Origin: an uncultured Opitutales bacterium
Lineage (GTDB): Bacteria; Verrucomicrobiota; Verrucomicrobiia; Opitutales; Intestinicryptomonadaceae
Direction of reading: 5' to 3'
Assembly: GCA_934660865.1 (NCBI GenBank)
Contig: CAKUIA010000015.1
Coordinates: forward strand, 31,872-63,871
Length of the DNA stretch: 32,000 nt
Below the pieces are notes generated by a model. It did no database searches. It saw only the letters and a program-made list of their open reading frames with translations, and was not told where the DNA came from. Each line of letters begins with the position of its first letter. Positions within the stretch are counted from its first letter, which is position 1. The position numbers and the translations under genes were made by a program. Positions 1 through 8,756 of the stretch are shown here, piece by piece.

Positions 1-712
1 CGAGCGAGTCCAAAAAGTCGGGAATTAGCACCGCAAATTCGCCTTCAAACGAGAGTTTGTCGGCAAGCTTAAGGGCTTCGTCGTAGCGGCCAAGCTTTGT
101 AAGCTCGCCGATAAGCTTTACGGCCTGTGCCGAAAATTGGGGCTTAATTTTTGCGTAGTCCAGCGACATCATAATGGCGTATGCCTCGTTTACGCGCCCC
201 GCGTCGATTAGCAGGTCGGTAAAATTAAGAACATCGTTGTGTATTGCCATTAGCGATTCCGGAGCGGGCAAAAGCTGTATTAGGGGGTAAATTCCCTTTC
301 TCATCATGCTAATTGCCGCTTCGTTGTTGCCGCTTAAAACGGCGTCTTTAATCTTTATTGCCAAGTCGCCGTCGGCTTTGTAGGTAAACTTTATGCCCGT
401 TCTGTTTGCGGGAATAAGCATTTCGCCGCCTTCGGCCGCGCCCTCGGGGGCCATTGCATAGTGCACAACGCCCTTGATGATTTCCGACTTAACATAGCGC
501 ATTTTAGATTCCTTTTGCGTTGCTTCGTCGTAGGTGGTAAGCACGGGTTTAGCTCCCGCAAAGTCGTTCATATAAGACCTGTCTTGCGACTGGCCTTGCG
601 CTACGGCCGTAATGACGGCTTTGGGGGCTTCGGGCTTTGCGTTGTCGGCCGCCATTGCGAAGACGGGGAGTGCCAACGCCGTAACTACCGTAAGTTTTTG
701 TATGTTTTTCAT
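1..712 (-). CDS. secreted hypothetical protein, N-terminal part (gene runs off the left edge)
   Basis: ATG at 712-710 on the minus strand, open to position 1. It is absent from the ORF track because no stop lies in the window. My translation starts MKNIQKLTVVTALALPVFAMAADNAKPE, which looks like a signal peptide. Later segments are helical and TPR-like (GRVNEAYAIMMSLDY, GRYDEALKLADKL). It starts 18 nt after the stop of the upstream TPR gene on the same strand. Confidence 0.6.
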   Translation of the reverse strand, partial: MKNIQKLTVVTALALPVFAMAADNAKPEAPKAVITAVAQGQSQDRSYMNDFAGAKPVLTTYDEATQKESKMRYVKSEIIKGVVHYAMAPEGAAEGGEMLIPANRTGIKFTYKADGDLAIKIKDAVLSGNNEAAISMMRKGIYPLIQLLPAPESLMAIHNDVLNFTDLLIDAGRVNEAYAIMMSLDYAKIKPQFSAQAVKLIGELTKLGRYDEALKLADKLSFEGEFAVLIPDFLDSL

Positions 713-730
713 CTTAAAATATGCCTGATA

Positions 731-3700
731 TTATAGGGTGTTTTTGTAGTTTACAATTTGGTCGTGTTCGGGAGATGCCGCGGCATCGGGGGTTTTTAAA
801 TACGCGTCGCAGGTTTCCTTTGCCTTTTCTATGTCGCCCATTCTTACCAACAATTTGGCTTCGGCCAGGGCGGCTTTGCCCGAATACTTAAGGCAGTTTG
901 AGTAGCCTATTGCGCAGTTGTCGTAATAGTTCAAAGCCTTTTCGTACTTCTTTGCGCGTTCGGCCAACAGTGCCTGGTTGTAAAGGGCGGCAGCGTAGGG
1001 TTCGCCGCGCCAATCGGGAGTTTTGCGTATGCTTTCAAACTTTTTGTCGGCTTCGTTGTATCTGCCCAATTTTACGAGCATTTCGCCGTGTTTGATTGCA
1101 ACCTGGGCAATCTTCGGGTCGGTGGAATATTCCTCTTCGGCGCGAATGTATTGCTTTAAAGCGTCTTCCCACTTGCCCTGTTTTTCGTCGAGGCTTGCCA
1201 AGCCCAATATGGCTTCAAGCATATACTGGGCGTCGCTTTCGCTGTCGAGAACATACTGGTATGTTTTCTTTGCCGCTTCAACGCCGTAGGCTTCGTTGTG
1301 CTTTGCAATCCAAATAAGGGTTGCGGGGCTTGCAAGCTTGTAGTCGTCTTCGTTAAAGGCTTTTGCGGGAATGGGTGCCTTGCAGAACTTGTCCAAGGCC
1401 ATCATCATTCTGTAATACATTGTAGGCTTTTTGCCTTCCGAAGACTTTAAAAGCGAAGCGTAAAAATCTTTGGGAGTTTGCTTGGGGAACATCGAAAGCT
1501 GTTTTTCGTAGTGTTTAAGCAAAGCCTGCAAAGGTTTCTTGTCGTTCAACAGGTTTACGCTGTATTTTTCGTCGCTCTTAAATTTAAGATAAAGCGAGTT
1601 GTCTATCTTCGAATTTTTAAGGAAGAACCTGTATCTTTCGGCGGGGTTTGTTACCATTGTGTTCAAAAGCTTTTCGTCGCCGATAACGTCTTTAAGGAAC
1701 TTTACCGAGGCTTCGAGGGTGGCTTTTGTTTTCGGGTAGTCTGCAACATAGCGCTCGAGGGCTTTGTCTACGCCGTCAAGCTGTTTGTCGTTGCCGTATT
1801 TTTCTATAAGGTTTTTCAATTCCAGCAAAGCCTCCGTTTGGCGTGCGCTTCTCGAAAACGCCGCAGACTTGTAGAACTCTATCATGGCAATGTTGCCGTT
1901 GGGATACTTCTTTTCGTACTGGTTTGCCAGCTTTATTATGGCCGCGTTGTCGTCGGCCTTTTCGTAGATGGAAATGCTTTGGAAGTACGATTGGTCTATA
2001 TAGCTTTGGCTGGAGGTTTTCTTTTCCACTTCGGCGTAGTGGTGCAGGGCTTCCTTAACGTAGCCGGAACCTAAGTTGATATCGCCCAAGAAGAATTCGG
2101 CTTCGCCGCAAAGTTCGTTGCCCATGTAGGTGTCGATAAACTTTGCAAACAAGTCCTGCGCCAAGTTTAAGTCCTGCTTGCCGTAGGCCGCAATGGCGCG
2201 GCGGTAGGTGGCGTCTTCGGCATAGGGGCTTGTGGAGAACTTCGAAACAAGGCGGTCGAAATCCTTGAAGGCGTTGTCGAAAGAGCCCGTTACCAAGTTT
2301 GCCAAACCCGACCAATACAACAGGGCGTCGGCAATGGGCGAAGCGCCGTAGTCGGCAAGGTAGCCCTTAAAGCAAACTTTTAGCTCGTCGTATTTTTGGT
2401 CGTCTATCCAGGCCTTGCCCATAAGGTAAATCATGCTTTCGCAGGATTTGTCTTTGTGATATTTGGGCACAAATTCCTTTGCTATGGCAAAGAATTCGTC
2501 TTTCATGCCCTTTTCGTTATAGTAAATTGCAATTTGCAGCGAAACGTCTTTTATATAGCGACCCTTGGGGAACTTTTCCATATAGGTTTGGCCGAGCTTG
2601 AACATTTCGTCGGATTTGCCGATTTTATATGCGCCCAAAAAGGCAAGGTAGTAGTAGTTTTCCATTTCCGAGCTTTTCGGGAATGTGTCGATAAGCTGTT
2701 TGTATGCCCAAAAGCTTTCGTAGTCGCGCTCGGTTTTAAGGTAGTTTTGAGCCTTGCCGAACATCAGGTATTCGGTGTAGGGCTTTGCCTGGCTTAGCAT
2801 GTTAAGCTGTTGTTCGGCAATCAAAATCTTGCCGTTTAAGTCGGCAATGGCGGGGTTGTCGGGGTTTATGGCCTTTACCTTTTCCAACTGCGAAGAAAGC
2901 TTTTTCTTATATTGTTCAAAGAATGCAATAAGCTGGTCTTGGTCGTAAACCATGCTGTAGAAAATGGCTGCGGTGTTGTATTCGTGCACCTTGTCGGTTG
3001 CCAAGTCCATTGCGGCCTGCAAAAGGGCAACGTTCAACGAAACGTCGTATCTGGCGGGCTCGTTGATTACCATGTAGGGGAAATATTTTTTCGCCTTGTC
3101 GTACTTCTTTTCGCTGATTGCGCTTTGAATTAGGCCGGAAGCCGCCAAAATTTTGTCTTCGGGAAGCTTCGAAGTGTTTAAGAGCATTGTAAACCACTTG
3201 TCGCTGCCCTTCCACGAACGCATTGAATAAAGGCTTTGCGCGATACGGCGCACTATGCCAAGGCGTTCCTTGTCGGAAAGGTCGTTAACATAGGGTTTTT
3301 CGAGCAGCTTGCCCAAAGTGTCGGCGGCCTGCTTGTATTTTTTTTGGTGTATGTAGCATGTCGAAAGCAGGTCGATTGCGTTTCTCGACGAGTCGGATTT
3401 CGGCAGGGAAAGGATTTTGTTTAGGCACTTTATGGATTCGTTAAGCGACTTGGTGTCGCGCGTGTTCGCATAGTCCTGGAAAAAGCTGTATGCCTTAAAG
3501 TAGTACAATGTGGGAACCGCCTTGCGTGCCGATTCGTCGGTGTTTTCCGAGCCTGCAAACCTCTTTAAAAGTTCGTCTACATAGGGGCGCGCCTCGACAA
3601 ACTTTTTTGCCGCAATAAGGTTCTTCATTTCGGTGTTAAGCGCGCTAATGCCCATCTGCTTTATCTCGTTGGGGATAGAGGGCGCCGCCGAATTTGCGGG

Positions 3701-3934
3701 AGCCGCCTTCTTTGCGTCGGCCTTGGCCGGAGCCGCTTTTTTGTCGGTCTTTTTTGTGTCCGCCGCTTTTTTAGTTTCGGCCTTTGCCTTTTTTGCGGGT
3801 TTCTTTGCAGCGCCATCGCTTTGCGCAAAGCGAATGCCGTTTAGGCTTGCGTTCGATTTCGCCGTGTCGGTAAGCGCCAAAGCCGAGGCCGCGCAGAGAA
3901 TTCCAGCGATGAAAATTGTATATTTTCGGAACAT
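731..3934 (-). CDS. large secreted TPR/helical-repeat protein with a Lys/Ala-rich linker
   Basis: 1067-aa ORF. The N-terminus MFRKYTIFIAGILCAASALA looks like a signal peptide. A low-complexity AAKKPAKKAKAETKKAADTKKTDKKAAPAKADAKKAAPA stretch follows. After it come many TPR-like helix pairs (for example YNQALLAERAKKYEKALNYYDNC, GKWEDALKQYIRAEEEY). All plus-strand ORFs inside it are shorter shadow ORFs. Confidence 0.75.
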   Translation of the reverse strand: MFRKYTIFIAGILCAASALALTDTAKSNASLNGIRFAQSDGAAKKPAKKAKAETKKAADTKKTDKKAAPAKADAKKAAPANSAAPSIPNEIKQMGISALNTEMKNLIAAKKFVEARPYVDELLKRFAGSENTDESARKAVPTLYYFKAYSFFQDYANTRDTKSLNESIKCLNKILSLPKSDSSRNAIDLLSTCYIHQKKYKQAADTLGKLLEKPYVNDLSDKERLGIVRRIAQSLYSMRSWKGSDKWFTMLLNTSKLPEDKILAASGLIQSAISEKKYDKAKKYFPYMVINEPARYDVSLNVALLQAAMDLATDKVHEYNTAAIFYSMVYDQDQLIAFFEQYKKKLSSQLEKVKAINPDNPAIADLNGKILIAEQQLNMLSQAKPYTEYLMFGKAQNYLKTERDYESFWAYKQLIDTFPKSSEMENYYYLAFLGAYKIGKSDEMFKLGQTYMEKFPKGRYIKDVSLQIAIYYNEKGMKDEFFAIAKEFVPKYHKDKSCESMIYLMGKAWIDDQKYDELKVCFKGYLADYGASPIADALLYWSGLANLVTGSFDNAFKDFDRLVSKFSTSPYAEDATYRRAIAAYGKQDLNLAQDLFAKFIDTYMGNELCGEAEFFLGDINLGSGYVKEALHHYAEVEKKTSSQSYIDQSYFQSISIYEKADDNAAIIKLANQYEKKYPNGNIAMIEFYKSAAFSRSARQTEALLELKNLIEKYGNDKQLDGVDKALERYVADYPKTKATLEASVKFLKDVIGDEKLLNTMVTNPAERYRFFLKNSKIDNSLYLKFKSDEKYSVNLLNDKKPLQALLKHYEKQLSMFPKQTPKDFYASLLKSSEGKKPTMYYRMMMALDKFCKAPIPAKAFNEDDYKLASPATLIWIAKHNEAYGVEAAKKTYQYVLDSESDAQYMLEAILGLASLDEKQGKWEDALKQYIRAEEEYSTDPKIAQVAIKHGEMLVKLGRYNEADKKFESIRKTPDWRGEPYAAALYNQALLAERAKKYEKALNYYDNCAIGYSNCLKYSGKAALAEAKLLVRMGDIEKAKETCDAYLKTPDAAASPEHDQIVNYKNTL

Positions 3935-4109
3935 GATATTAGGGTCTATAAGTATTGTGAGTGTGTTATAACGTTATATATAAAAAAGGTTATATATAAA
4001 GTAAATGCCTAATTGTGCATTTTTCAATATAATTATTAAAAAAAGGCGATTTTTTTAGCTCTTATTTTTCTTTACAAGAGGCAAAAAGGCGTAAAGTATG
4101 CCCTAAGAT

Positions 4110-4775
4110 ATGCCCGTAAGATGTTTGATAAATGCGGGGCCAACCCGCGAGTATTTCGACGATGTCAGGTTTGTTTCGAACCCGTCGAGCGGCAAATTCG
4201 GCACAAAAATAGCAAAAGCCGCCCTAAAAAAAGGCTGGCAGGTTGTTCTTGTGCTGGGGGCGTGCTCGCCCGATTTAAGCGGTTTGGAAAACGCAAGCAT
4301 TGTGCGCGTTATAACTTCGCAGGATATGTACGAAAAGTGCTCCGAATATTTTGACGATTGCGACATATTCATTGCAAGCGCGGCCGTTTGCGACATGAAG
4401 CCGAAAACAAGGCTTTCGGGCAAGGTAAAGAAGTTCGACATGCAGTTTAACGTGGCTTTCGAGCCCACAATAGACGTGCTTAAAACGCTGTCTAAACGGC
4501 GCAAGAACAACCAGTTTTTGGCGGGCTTTGCCGCCGAAACCGACAATTTGCCTGCCTATGCCAAAAAGAAGCTGTCCGAAAAGAATCTCGACTGCGTTAT
4601 AGCAAACAACGTTTCGAACGGCAGGGCTTTCGAAAAAGACTGCAACGAAGTTAGCGTATTTTTTGCAGACGGGAAAAAATTGGATATGCCCTACGCCGAA
4701 AAGGAAGTTTTGGCCGAACAAATTGTAGACATTGTAGAAAGGGGCTATTTGGCGAAAAATGCACCTGCTTGTTGA
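4110..4775 (+). CDS. coaB: phosphopantothenate--cysteine ligase (stand-alone CoaB domain, no CoaC domain)
   Basis: 221 aa. The N-terminal CLINAGPTREYFDDVRFVSNPSSGKFG matches the CoaB signature ITAGPTxExIDPVRxISNxSSGKMG. AAVCDMKP and LAGFAAET further on also fit the family. Confidence 0.8.
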   Translation: MPVRCLINAGPTREYFDDVRFVSNPSSGKFGTKIAKAALKKGWQVVLVLGACSPDLSGLENASIVRVITSQDMYEKCSEYFDDCDIFIASAAVCDMKPKTRLSGKVKKFDMQFNVAFEPTIDVLKTLSKRRKNNQFLAGFAAETDNLPAYAKKKLSEKNLDCVIANNVSNGRAFEKDCNEVSVFFADGKKLDMPYAEKEVLAEQIVDIVERGYLAKNAPAC

Positions 4776-5235
4776 CGGCTGGAACGTTATACATTCCAAC
4801 CAGCAAATGATGAGGCTTTTTAGGGAGGTTTCGCAGGATATTGCAGTAGAAGCTTTGTGCAATGCAATAGCCCCCATTCACGACGCCGACAATATAAGGG
4901 TAACCATTGTTTTCGACGGCAGGGGCGATACCATAGAAATAGTCCGCAAAACGCGGCTTAACACATATTCGCAGGTTTATACACCGTCGAATATGAGCGC
5001 CGACGACTTTATAGAGCAGTATTGCTCCATACACGGGCAAGACTGCACCGTGGCAACGCGCGACAATCTGCTGGCGTTAACGGTGTCGTCGTTCGGCTCG
5101 CAAACGGTAAGCCCCGACTATCTTTTTGAATGGGCGCAATCCTGCGCAAAGCGCATTTCGCGCAAAAGCGCCGAAATTTCCGAAAAATCTAAGCTTAAGT
5201 GGAAAGAATCGAACCCCTTTAGAAAACTTAAGTAG
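4759..5235 (+). CDS. NYN-domain / YacP-like (Rae1 family) predicted ribonuclease
   Basis: 158 aa starting MHLLVDGWNVIHS, which resembles the LLVDGYNVI start typical of YacP/DUF901 proteins. A later VTIVFDG acidic motif fits as well. It overlaps coaB by 17 nt. Confidence 0.6.
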   Translation: MHLLVDGWNVIHSNQQMMRLFREVSQDIAVEALCNAIAPIHDADNIRVTIVFDGRGDTIEIVRKTRLNTYSQVYTPSNMSADDFIEQYCSIHGQDCTVATRDNLLALTVSSFGSQTVSPDYLFEWAQSCAKRISRKSAEISEKSKLKWKESNPFRKLK

Positions 5236-5444
5236 ACAAATTTTTTGCAAAAAACAAATCTCGAACAATCGATATTATGTCTAATAGCGTAATATAGACG
5301 GAATGGTTAAGATTGTTTTTTAACATTTGTTTAACATGTTGAATGTCTGTATGTTAATAATATTGCAATGGGGCGATATTTTGATTCTGTTGCACGATAC
5401 TTGCAAGCAGATGCTATTAAACCCGACAGCAGCTTAATGGGGCT

Positions 5445-6686
5445 TCAATACAATTTTTGAATGTTCTGCGTTTGTCTTCTGAGCCGTTCATACGTCTTAT
5501 CCCATTTGGGCAAGTAAATCGCAGAGATGTTTATGCCTTGTGGGGTAAGGTAGGGTGAGGGTTTTATCAAAACGCAAGGGGTTTTTGTAGTGTTTGCAAA
5601 ATCGGAGCAGTTCCCGAAGAGTATGTACTCTTTTGCGGAAGCGTTAGGTAATGCTTCGCCGCAAAACGGCTGCAAGGCTATTGCACAATCTTTGCCTATG
5701 CCGTGAGATGTTATAAAATCCCAAGCAGAGTTTAGGGTGTAATCGTCATCGAAGAGGGTAAGCCTTTGCGGGGTACTTTCGGTAAATCCCACAAATTCAA
5801 TTCCATCAAGTTGCTGGTATTTGGGGGACTGTGGAAGCGTTTTACTTATGGCAAATAATCCCAAGAGGGCGGCACACGAAACACCAAAAGAAACAGCAAC
5901 CCGTTTTAGGGAAAACTCTCCAAAACATAAATACGTTCCCAGTGCGAGGAATGCCACAAAGTTTACCCATTGCATTACTACGTTTAAAGGTGTGAAATGC
6001 CCAAATCTTTGCGGATACAACAATACTTCAAAATCAAAGACGCTGGCGAATGTCGCAGAAACCGATAGTCCGCAAAAGGCTATAACAGCCGCAATTTTTA
6101 GGCGCGATGGCTTTTTGAAGCCTCCAGATATGGCGTATGCAATGAAAGTAAGCCACAATGCACAGATAAAAATTCCGTATTCGCAGAGCAGGGTAAGGTG
6201 GCTGTTTACGAGCGTTCGGCAGTTTATGCCGTCGGGGAGCAGGAATGCCATGGCAATTTTTCCAGAATTACCCAATCCCACACCGAATGGATTTGCCGCA
6301 AATATAGAAAGCCCAGCCTGCCAAATTTGAAGTCTGTTGCTGGCCGAAGCATCTATTGTGAAACGCTCTGAAACACCTAACACAACAGCCACTCCGACGA
6401 CAATTACCCCCAATACGGCAAACGGTTCCCAGCTTTTAAGCTTTGTCGCAGCTAAAAAGGCAACCGCTTCTAACGCCAAAACTACCAGTCCCGACCTTGA
6501 ATAAGTTGTAGCCAACGCATACACAAGAACGGCAGATAACAAAAATCCGGCAAACTTCTTCCAAAATTGGGGTTGTAAGAATAGTAGCCACACAAACGGT
6601 AGCACCACACATATCAACGCGGCGGCGTGGTTTGGATTGTAGAACCCGAAACCATAGCGAACAAGGCCTTCGTAGGTAAATTCCAT
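5445..6686 (-). CDS. O-antigen ligase-like (Wzy_C family) polytopic membrane protein with a C-terminal soluble extension
   Basis: 413 aa. Matching motifs are GFYNPNHAAALICV, TTYSRSGLVVLALEA and NRLQIWQAGLSIFAANPFGVGLGNSG, set among multiple hydrophobic helices. The last ~130 aa are non-hydrophobic. Its start abuts the stop of the upstream esterase gene (6686/6687). Confidence 0.65.
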   Translation of the reverse strand: MEFTYEGLVRYGFGFYNPNHAAALICVVLPFVWLLFLQPQFWKKFAGFLLSAVLVYALATTYSRSGLVVLALEAVAFLAATKLKSWEPFAVLGVIVVGVAVVLGVSERFTIDASASNRLQIWQAGLSIFAANPFGVGLGNSGKIAMAFLLPDGINCRTLVNSHLTLLCEYGIFICALWLTFIAYAISGGFKKPSRLKIAAVIAFCGLSVSATFASVFDFEVLLYPQRFGHFTPLNVVMQWVNFVAFLALGTYLCFGEFSLKRVAVSFGVSCAALLGLFAISKTLPQSPKYQQLDGIEFVGFTESTPQRLTLFDDDYTLNSAWDFITSHGIGKDCAIALQPFCGEALPNASAKEYILFGNCSDFANTTKTPCVLIKPSPYLTPQGINISAIYLPKWDKTYERLRRQTQNIQKLY

Positions 6687-7472
6687 TTACTGTGCCTCCC
6701 AAAGTTTCTTCAGTGCTTCGGAATATAGCGGATTGCGGAATTCTACGTCAATCTCTGATGCTTTCTTGGCTGGAACAACAATTCCCGTTTCGTCTTCGCC
6801 GATATAAATCGGGCGAGTGTGTTTGCTTAAAATATCGTCAAAGAATTGGCGGGCAAAATCCAAGGCTTCTTTGTTCAGTTCATGCCCACCATTGTAGGGT
6901 TTCCAAATCAAAGAACCGCCGTTTTCGCGGTACTTATAGATGAATGTCTTGCTGATACGGACACGGTCGGCGTCCTGCATGCCGCAGGTAATGAATGCCG
7001 GCACGCCGTTCTTTTGTGCTACTTGCGGGTAAACTCCGCACGCGTGCAGCCCCCACGCTTCTACCTGCTTGGGCATATAATTATAAAACAAGTTCGAACA
7101 TTGTCCACCTGCGGAATAGCCGTAGAACAGCAGTTTTTGGTTCGATAGGTTGAACTTTGTCTTTAGCCGTTTTACTGCTTTTAGCAAAACCTTACCCGAC
7201 CACTTTTCGGGCTGCCAATATTCGTTGTCTTTGAATGACGGGGATAGCAGAATTAGGGAATATTTATCCGCGAGGGCGTCAAAGTTGAATGCCTTTAACG
7301 CCTTTTCTCCTTGCCAATTTCTTCCGCCGAAGAGCACCATTATCCGCGAATCTTTTCCGACTTTTTCGGGAACACGGTAGGCGAATTCAATACCGTCTAC
7401 GTCCATATGCTTTATTTCGGCTGGGAGCGAAAACGGCAATAGTAGGCAGAGTATGATAAGCAGAAACCTCAT
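6687..7472 (-). CDS. secreted alpha/beta-hydrolase (esterase/depolymerase-like), paralog 1
   Basis: I prefer the ATG at 7472 (MRFLLIILCLLLPFSLPA, a signal peptide) over the ORF-track start at 7496. That start forms an ATGA overlap with the upstream stop. GYSAGGQ is a GxSxG nucleophile elbow. CGMQDADR supplies a candidate Asp and NGGHEL a candidate His. Confidence 0.7.
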   Translation of the reverse strand: MRFLLIILCLLLPFSLPAEIKHMDVDGIEFAYRVPEKVGKDSRIMVLFGGRNWQGEKALKAFNFDALADKYSLILLSPSFKDNEYWQPEKWSGKVLLKAVKRLKTKFNLSNQKLLFYGYSAGGQCSNLFYNYMPKQVEAWGLHACGVYPQVAQKNGVPAFITCGMQDADRVRISKTFIYKYRENGGSLIWKPYNGGHELNKEALDFARQFFDDILSKHTRPIYIGEDETGIVVPAKKASEIDVEFRNPLYSEALKKLWEAQ

Positions 7473-8380
7473 GGCATGGCGGCACTTTTCACCCAAGCAT
7501 CTGCAAGCTCCCTTGAAAAGAAGAACACCCTATCTTCTTCGTAAATTTGCTTGGCGGCGGGCGAGTCGATAGGGTAGACTACTCCGTCTTGGTCGTCACC
7601 TACAAAAAGCGGCTTTAAATTTTCTCTCGATTTGGGAACCGATTTGTCCAAGTCATTTGCATAGAGCTTGTGGTAGAATTCCAAGAACTCTTGGGCAAGG
7701 TATGTAGACCCTTGCGGGACATCGTGCGGGTGGTTGGGAAACGACTTCCACAAGATGTTTACGCCGAGATTTCGATAGGCGGCTCTAAAACGGTTGTTTA
7801 TGACCATTCTTTGCCTGTCGGCGTCGCCACAGGTCAAAAGCCCTGCAACGCCTTTCATTTTATCGTTCGGTTTATGAAATACCCCACAAGCGTGCGAGAC
7901 ATATGCCCTCGTCTTTGTGGGAATCCAAGCAGGGAAGAGGTTGCTACACTGCGCCCCTGCCGAATATCCGTAAAACAAGAGTTTGTCGTCGCAAATATTG
8001 GGGTATTTCTTTTTGAGTTGGACAATAGCTTCCAACAAGGCTTTGCCCGACCACTTTTGGGGTTCCCAATAGTTGTCGTTCTTATACGACGGGACTATCA
8101 GGAACACCCCGTTTTTGTCGCACCAATTTGTCCAAGTGGGATTTTTAACCTCATGTTCGCCGGTCGTATTACGCCCGCCGAAATATACCAGCAGGCGGTA
8201 TTTAACCTTTGAAGATTGGTCGTATTGTGCGGGAACACGGCAACGGAATGTTGCCGTTGGGTTCTCCTTTGCGGAAGTTTTGATTTGCAGAGTATCGAAA
8301 ACTTGAGAGAACAGCGTGTTACCCACAAAAGAGCAACAAATACATAAATATATGCAAACTTTACCTAAGTACCCTGTCAT
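7469..8380 (-). CDS. secreted alpha/beta-hydrolase (esterase/depolymerase-like), paralog 2
   Basis: 303 aa with a hydrophobic N-terminus (VCIYLCICCSFVGNTLFS). It has GYSAGAQ (GxSxG), CGDADR and NHPHDV. It shares FGGRN, YW.P.KWSGKALL and KLLFYGYSAG blocks with paralog 1. Confidence 0.7.
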   Translation of the reverse strand: MTGYLGKVCIYLCICCSFVGNTLFSQVFDTLQIKTSAKENPTATFRCRVPAQYDQSSKVKYRLLVYFGGRNTTGEHEVKNPTWTNWCDKNGVFLIVPSYKNDNYWEPQKWSGKALLEAIVQLKKKYPNICDDKLLFYGYSAGAQCSNLFPAWIPTKTRAYVSHACGVFHKPNDKMKGVAGLLTCGDADRQRMVINNRFRAAYRNLGVNILWKSFPNHPHDVPQGSTYLAQEFLEFYHKLYANDLDKSVPKSRENLKPLFVGDDQDGVVYPIDSPAAKQIYEEDRVFFFSRELADAWVKSAAMP

Positions 8381-8748
8381 TTAACACATATTCCTAATGA
8401 ATTTAGTTTATTGCATATTCTTTGTGGATGTATTGTCCAAAACAGTAAATACTTAGGAATATTACAGTTGTCGTGAACAAACAATATTCCTTTAAAGAAT
8501 AAGAATGATTTTATTGTTACATATTTAATATCCTTAATAGGTAGAACATATGAAATGGATGTAACCCCAAAAATCGTTCTCGTCAATATGCACATTTCTT
8601 TTCTTAATTCTAGTGTAGCAAACGGGAACGTCGCATTTCCATAATCTCCTTTGTCGTTCCAAAAGGAATTCCCCCACTTTAGACCTCCTGTAAACTTTTC
8701 CATACGCTTATTCGTTATTGAGTCCACTGAAATTCCTTTGTCGGTCAT
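8377..8748 (-). CDS. hypothetical 123-aa protein (AT-rich; possible orphan immunity or accessory protein)
   Basis: The ORF has no motif I recognise. Its TGA stop overlaps the ATG of esterase paralog 2 (ATGA at 8377-8380), which suggests translational coupling. The 60-nt line starting at 8401 has 16/60 G+C. Confidence 0.45.
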   Translation of the reverse strand: MTDKGISVDSITNKRMEKFTGGLKWGNSFWNDKGDYGNATFPFATLELRKEMCILTRTIFGVTSISYVLPIKDIKYVTIKSFLFFKGILFVHDNCNIPKYLLFWTIHPQRICNKLNSLGICVK

Positions 8749-8756
8749 TTCTTTTA

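Noticed and set aside
1478-2074. 198-aa plus-strand ORF, and several others at 898-3424, inside the TPR gene
   Set aside because: It is antisense to a much longer ORF with coherent signal peptide and TPR features. Its translation is low-complexity and V/F-rich (VVFKQSL..., FVVAVFFYKVF), which is typical of shadow frames.
4275-4877. 200-aa minus-strand ORF overlapping coaB and the NYN gene (also 4103-4546 and 4651-5040)
   Set aside because: The plus-strand frames carry clear family motifs (AGPTREYFDDVRFVSNPSSGKFG, LLVDGWNVI). The minus frames have none.
5283-5291. 9-mer aatagcgta shared between the two AT-rich borders of the Rhs/esterase block (5283-5291 and 13488-13496), considered as possible att-like direct repeats
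   Set aside because: A single 9-nt match between two ~200-nt regions is within chance expectation. There is no extended similarity and no integrase nearby.
6687-7496. Longer ORF-track starts for esterase 1 (7496), acpS (24485) and tandem paralog A (27580)
   Set aside because: In each case an internal ATG gives a proper N-terminus: a signal peptide for esterase 1 and paralog A, and the conserved AcpS start for acpS. For esterase 1 and acpS that ATG also forms an ATGA overlap with the upstream gene. The extensions overlap upstream coding or non-coding DNA without features.
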